From positions 34-64,033 of IMG/VR virus record IMGVR_UViG_3300020036_003693: DNA of 64,000 nt; one strand, 5' to 3'. This document shows positions 62,839 to 64,000 of this stretch, piece by piece (the first letter of the stretch is position 1; each line of letters begins with the position of its first letter). The stretch is from a virus. Its lineage: Duplodnaviria > Caudoviricetes. Position numbers and translations under genes: made by a program. The notes below the pieces were generated by a model, which saw only the letters and a list, made by a program, of their open reading frames with translations, searched no databases and had not been told where the DNA came from.

Positions 62839-63296
62839 CTCGTGTTACCTCCTGCTCCGGGCTTTGCTACTGGCAGCTTGGTTGGGCCAGAGGCTACTCC
62901 AGCTACCTGCTCCGCTGCCTTCTTCAACTGCTCCCCTGCCTCAACCGGCCTGTCCACCATCTGCACGAATCGGTCCAACTGCACCTTGAACTGCTCCCAC
63001 ACCGGCAGCCCACTCAGGATGCGTACCACATCCGGTGGATTAGAGAAGTCCAGCGAGTAGTTCTCCTCCCACTGGAGCACTCTCCCCTCTTCCAACGGCT
63101 GCGCTGCGATCCGCACAGCGAACTGCACCTTCGCGCCGGGGTATGCGAATATCTCCTGGAGCGCCGGAGCCCCTACCAGCCTGGAGGCAATGCTCCCCAG
63201 GATGATCTGGGTCAGCTCGCTCCCGTTGATCGGGATTGCTTCCTTGCGTGGGGCGTTGGTCCCCTCGGTTGGTCTGCTAGTTGTCTCGTTACTCAT
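62835..63296 (-). CDS. hypothetical protein
   Basis: 153 aa, coupled at both ends. Confidence 0.7.
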   Translation of the reverse strand: MSNETTSRPTEGTNAPRKEAIPINGSELTQIILGSIASRLVGAPALQEIFAYPGAKVQFAVRIAAQPLEEGRVLQWEENYSLDFSNPPDVVRILSGLPVWEQFKVQLDRFVQMVDRPVEAGEQLKKAAEQVAGVASGPTKLPVAKPGAGGNTR

Positions 63297-63979
63297 ACCA
63301 ATATTGTCCTCTCTTGTTGTTGTGGTTCTTGCCGCTTCTGATGCCTAGCCGCAGACTCCGCCTGGAGTTGTTGTTGTAGTTCTGCCAGTGCCCGGGTCCA
63401 TCTTCCACCGTATTGGTTCGATTTCATTTTCCCCAGCACATACAATACGTGCTTCAAGGTGATGTTATGAATTGGCTCTCGGGGCTTCCATCCAGCCTGT
63501 AATGCTGGAATCAGCGTCTTGCTATACGCGCTTGCGCCGCCCCCGGTGTTCTTACTTGCGTTATAGCTGCCGTCTGCTTCCCAACACCATAGATCATCAT
63601 CATAGCAAAAGCCGAACTCATCCACGTAGTGAATCTTCCGGCTATAAAGTCCGTCCATATACTCTTGTTCGGTTGGAATCCTCAGCCAGCCGATTGGCCA
63701 GCAGTGATTCTCCGCGTTCATTATCGCCGTGACAATCTCTTCCTGTTGCTTCTGGTTCTGTACCTGCTGGGCTGCCTTCTGCTTTACACCAAAGTCAGGA
63801 TTCCCTGGTCCGGTCTCTACCCCGCCTTGGATCGCCTGGTTCATCAGCCGTTCAATCTCCGCTGTCACCGTGGTTCCATTTCGCCTGCACCAGCTCTGCC
63901 ACTTCTCTCTATTGCTTGCTGTTGTCCTGATCAACACTCCCACGAGCTGGTCTACTTCGCTTTTCTTCGGTCTTCCCAT
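63293..63979 (-). CDS. protein with N-terminal ribbon-helix-helix-like DNA-binding domain
   Basis: MGRPKK...VGVLIRTTASNREKWQSWCRRNGTTVTAEIERLMNQAI, Arc/MetJ-like pattern. Confidence 0.6.
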   Translation of the reverse strand: MGRPKKSEVDQLVGVLIRTTASNREKWQSWCRRNGTTVTAEIERLMNQAIQGGVETGPGNPDFGVKQKAAQQVQNQKQQEEIVTAIMNAENHCWPIGWLRIPTEQEYMDGLYSRKIHYVDEFGFCYDDDLWCWEADGSYNASKNTGGGASAYSKTLIPALQAGWKPREPIHNITLKHVLYVLGKMKSNQYGGRWTRALAELQQQLQAESAARHQKRQEPQQQERTILV

Positions 63980-64000
63980 TGCGCCTTCTCCTCTACTGTG

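Noticed and set aside
1-64000. tRNAs, diversity-generating retroelement, integrase/att site, stop-codon reassignment
   Set aside because: No cloverleaf, reverse transcriptase, TR/VR pair or recombinase motif was recognised by eye, and genes translate fully in the standard code. tRNAscan was not run.

Overview
The window is about 64 kb of a tailed dsDNA bacteriophage, probably most of its genome. It has podovirus-type gene content: portal, adaptors, nozzle and ejection proteins, but no tape measure protein. It forms two converging arms. The + arm (1-23434) carries many small early genes, then dCTP deaminase, ParB, an AAA+/winged-helix helicase-like protein, a Cas4-like nuclease, an AAA_24/Sak4-like ATPase with a probable SSB, a PIF1-like helicase, a uracil-DNA-glycosylase/PolA fusion and a DUF3310 protein. 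The - arm (63979-23480) carries terminase, portal, scaffold, capsid, head-tail and tail proteins, ejection proteins, a holin-like gene and a lipoprotein. Two features stand out. (1) A cassette of tailspike/fibre genes (49900-42006) encodes proteins with Sec signal peptides, consecutively paired cysteines and a shared C-terminal domain. It is bracketed by near-consensus sigma70 promoters, which suggests exported, disulfide-folded tail appendages or adhesins. (2) The family A polymerase keeps its catalytic aspartates but has coordinated substitutions at R668, E710, Y766 and N845 (E. coli Pol I numbering). No primase, endolysin, integrase, tRNA or CRISPR array was recognised. All family assignments come from motifs read by eye; no database search was run.
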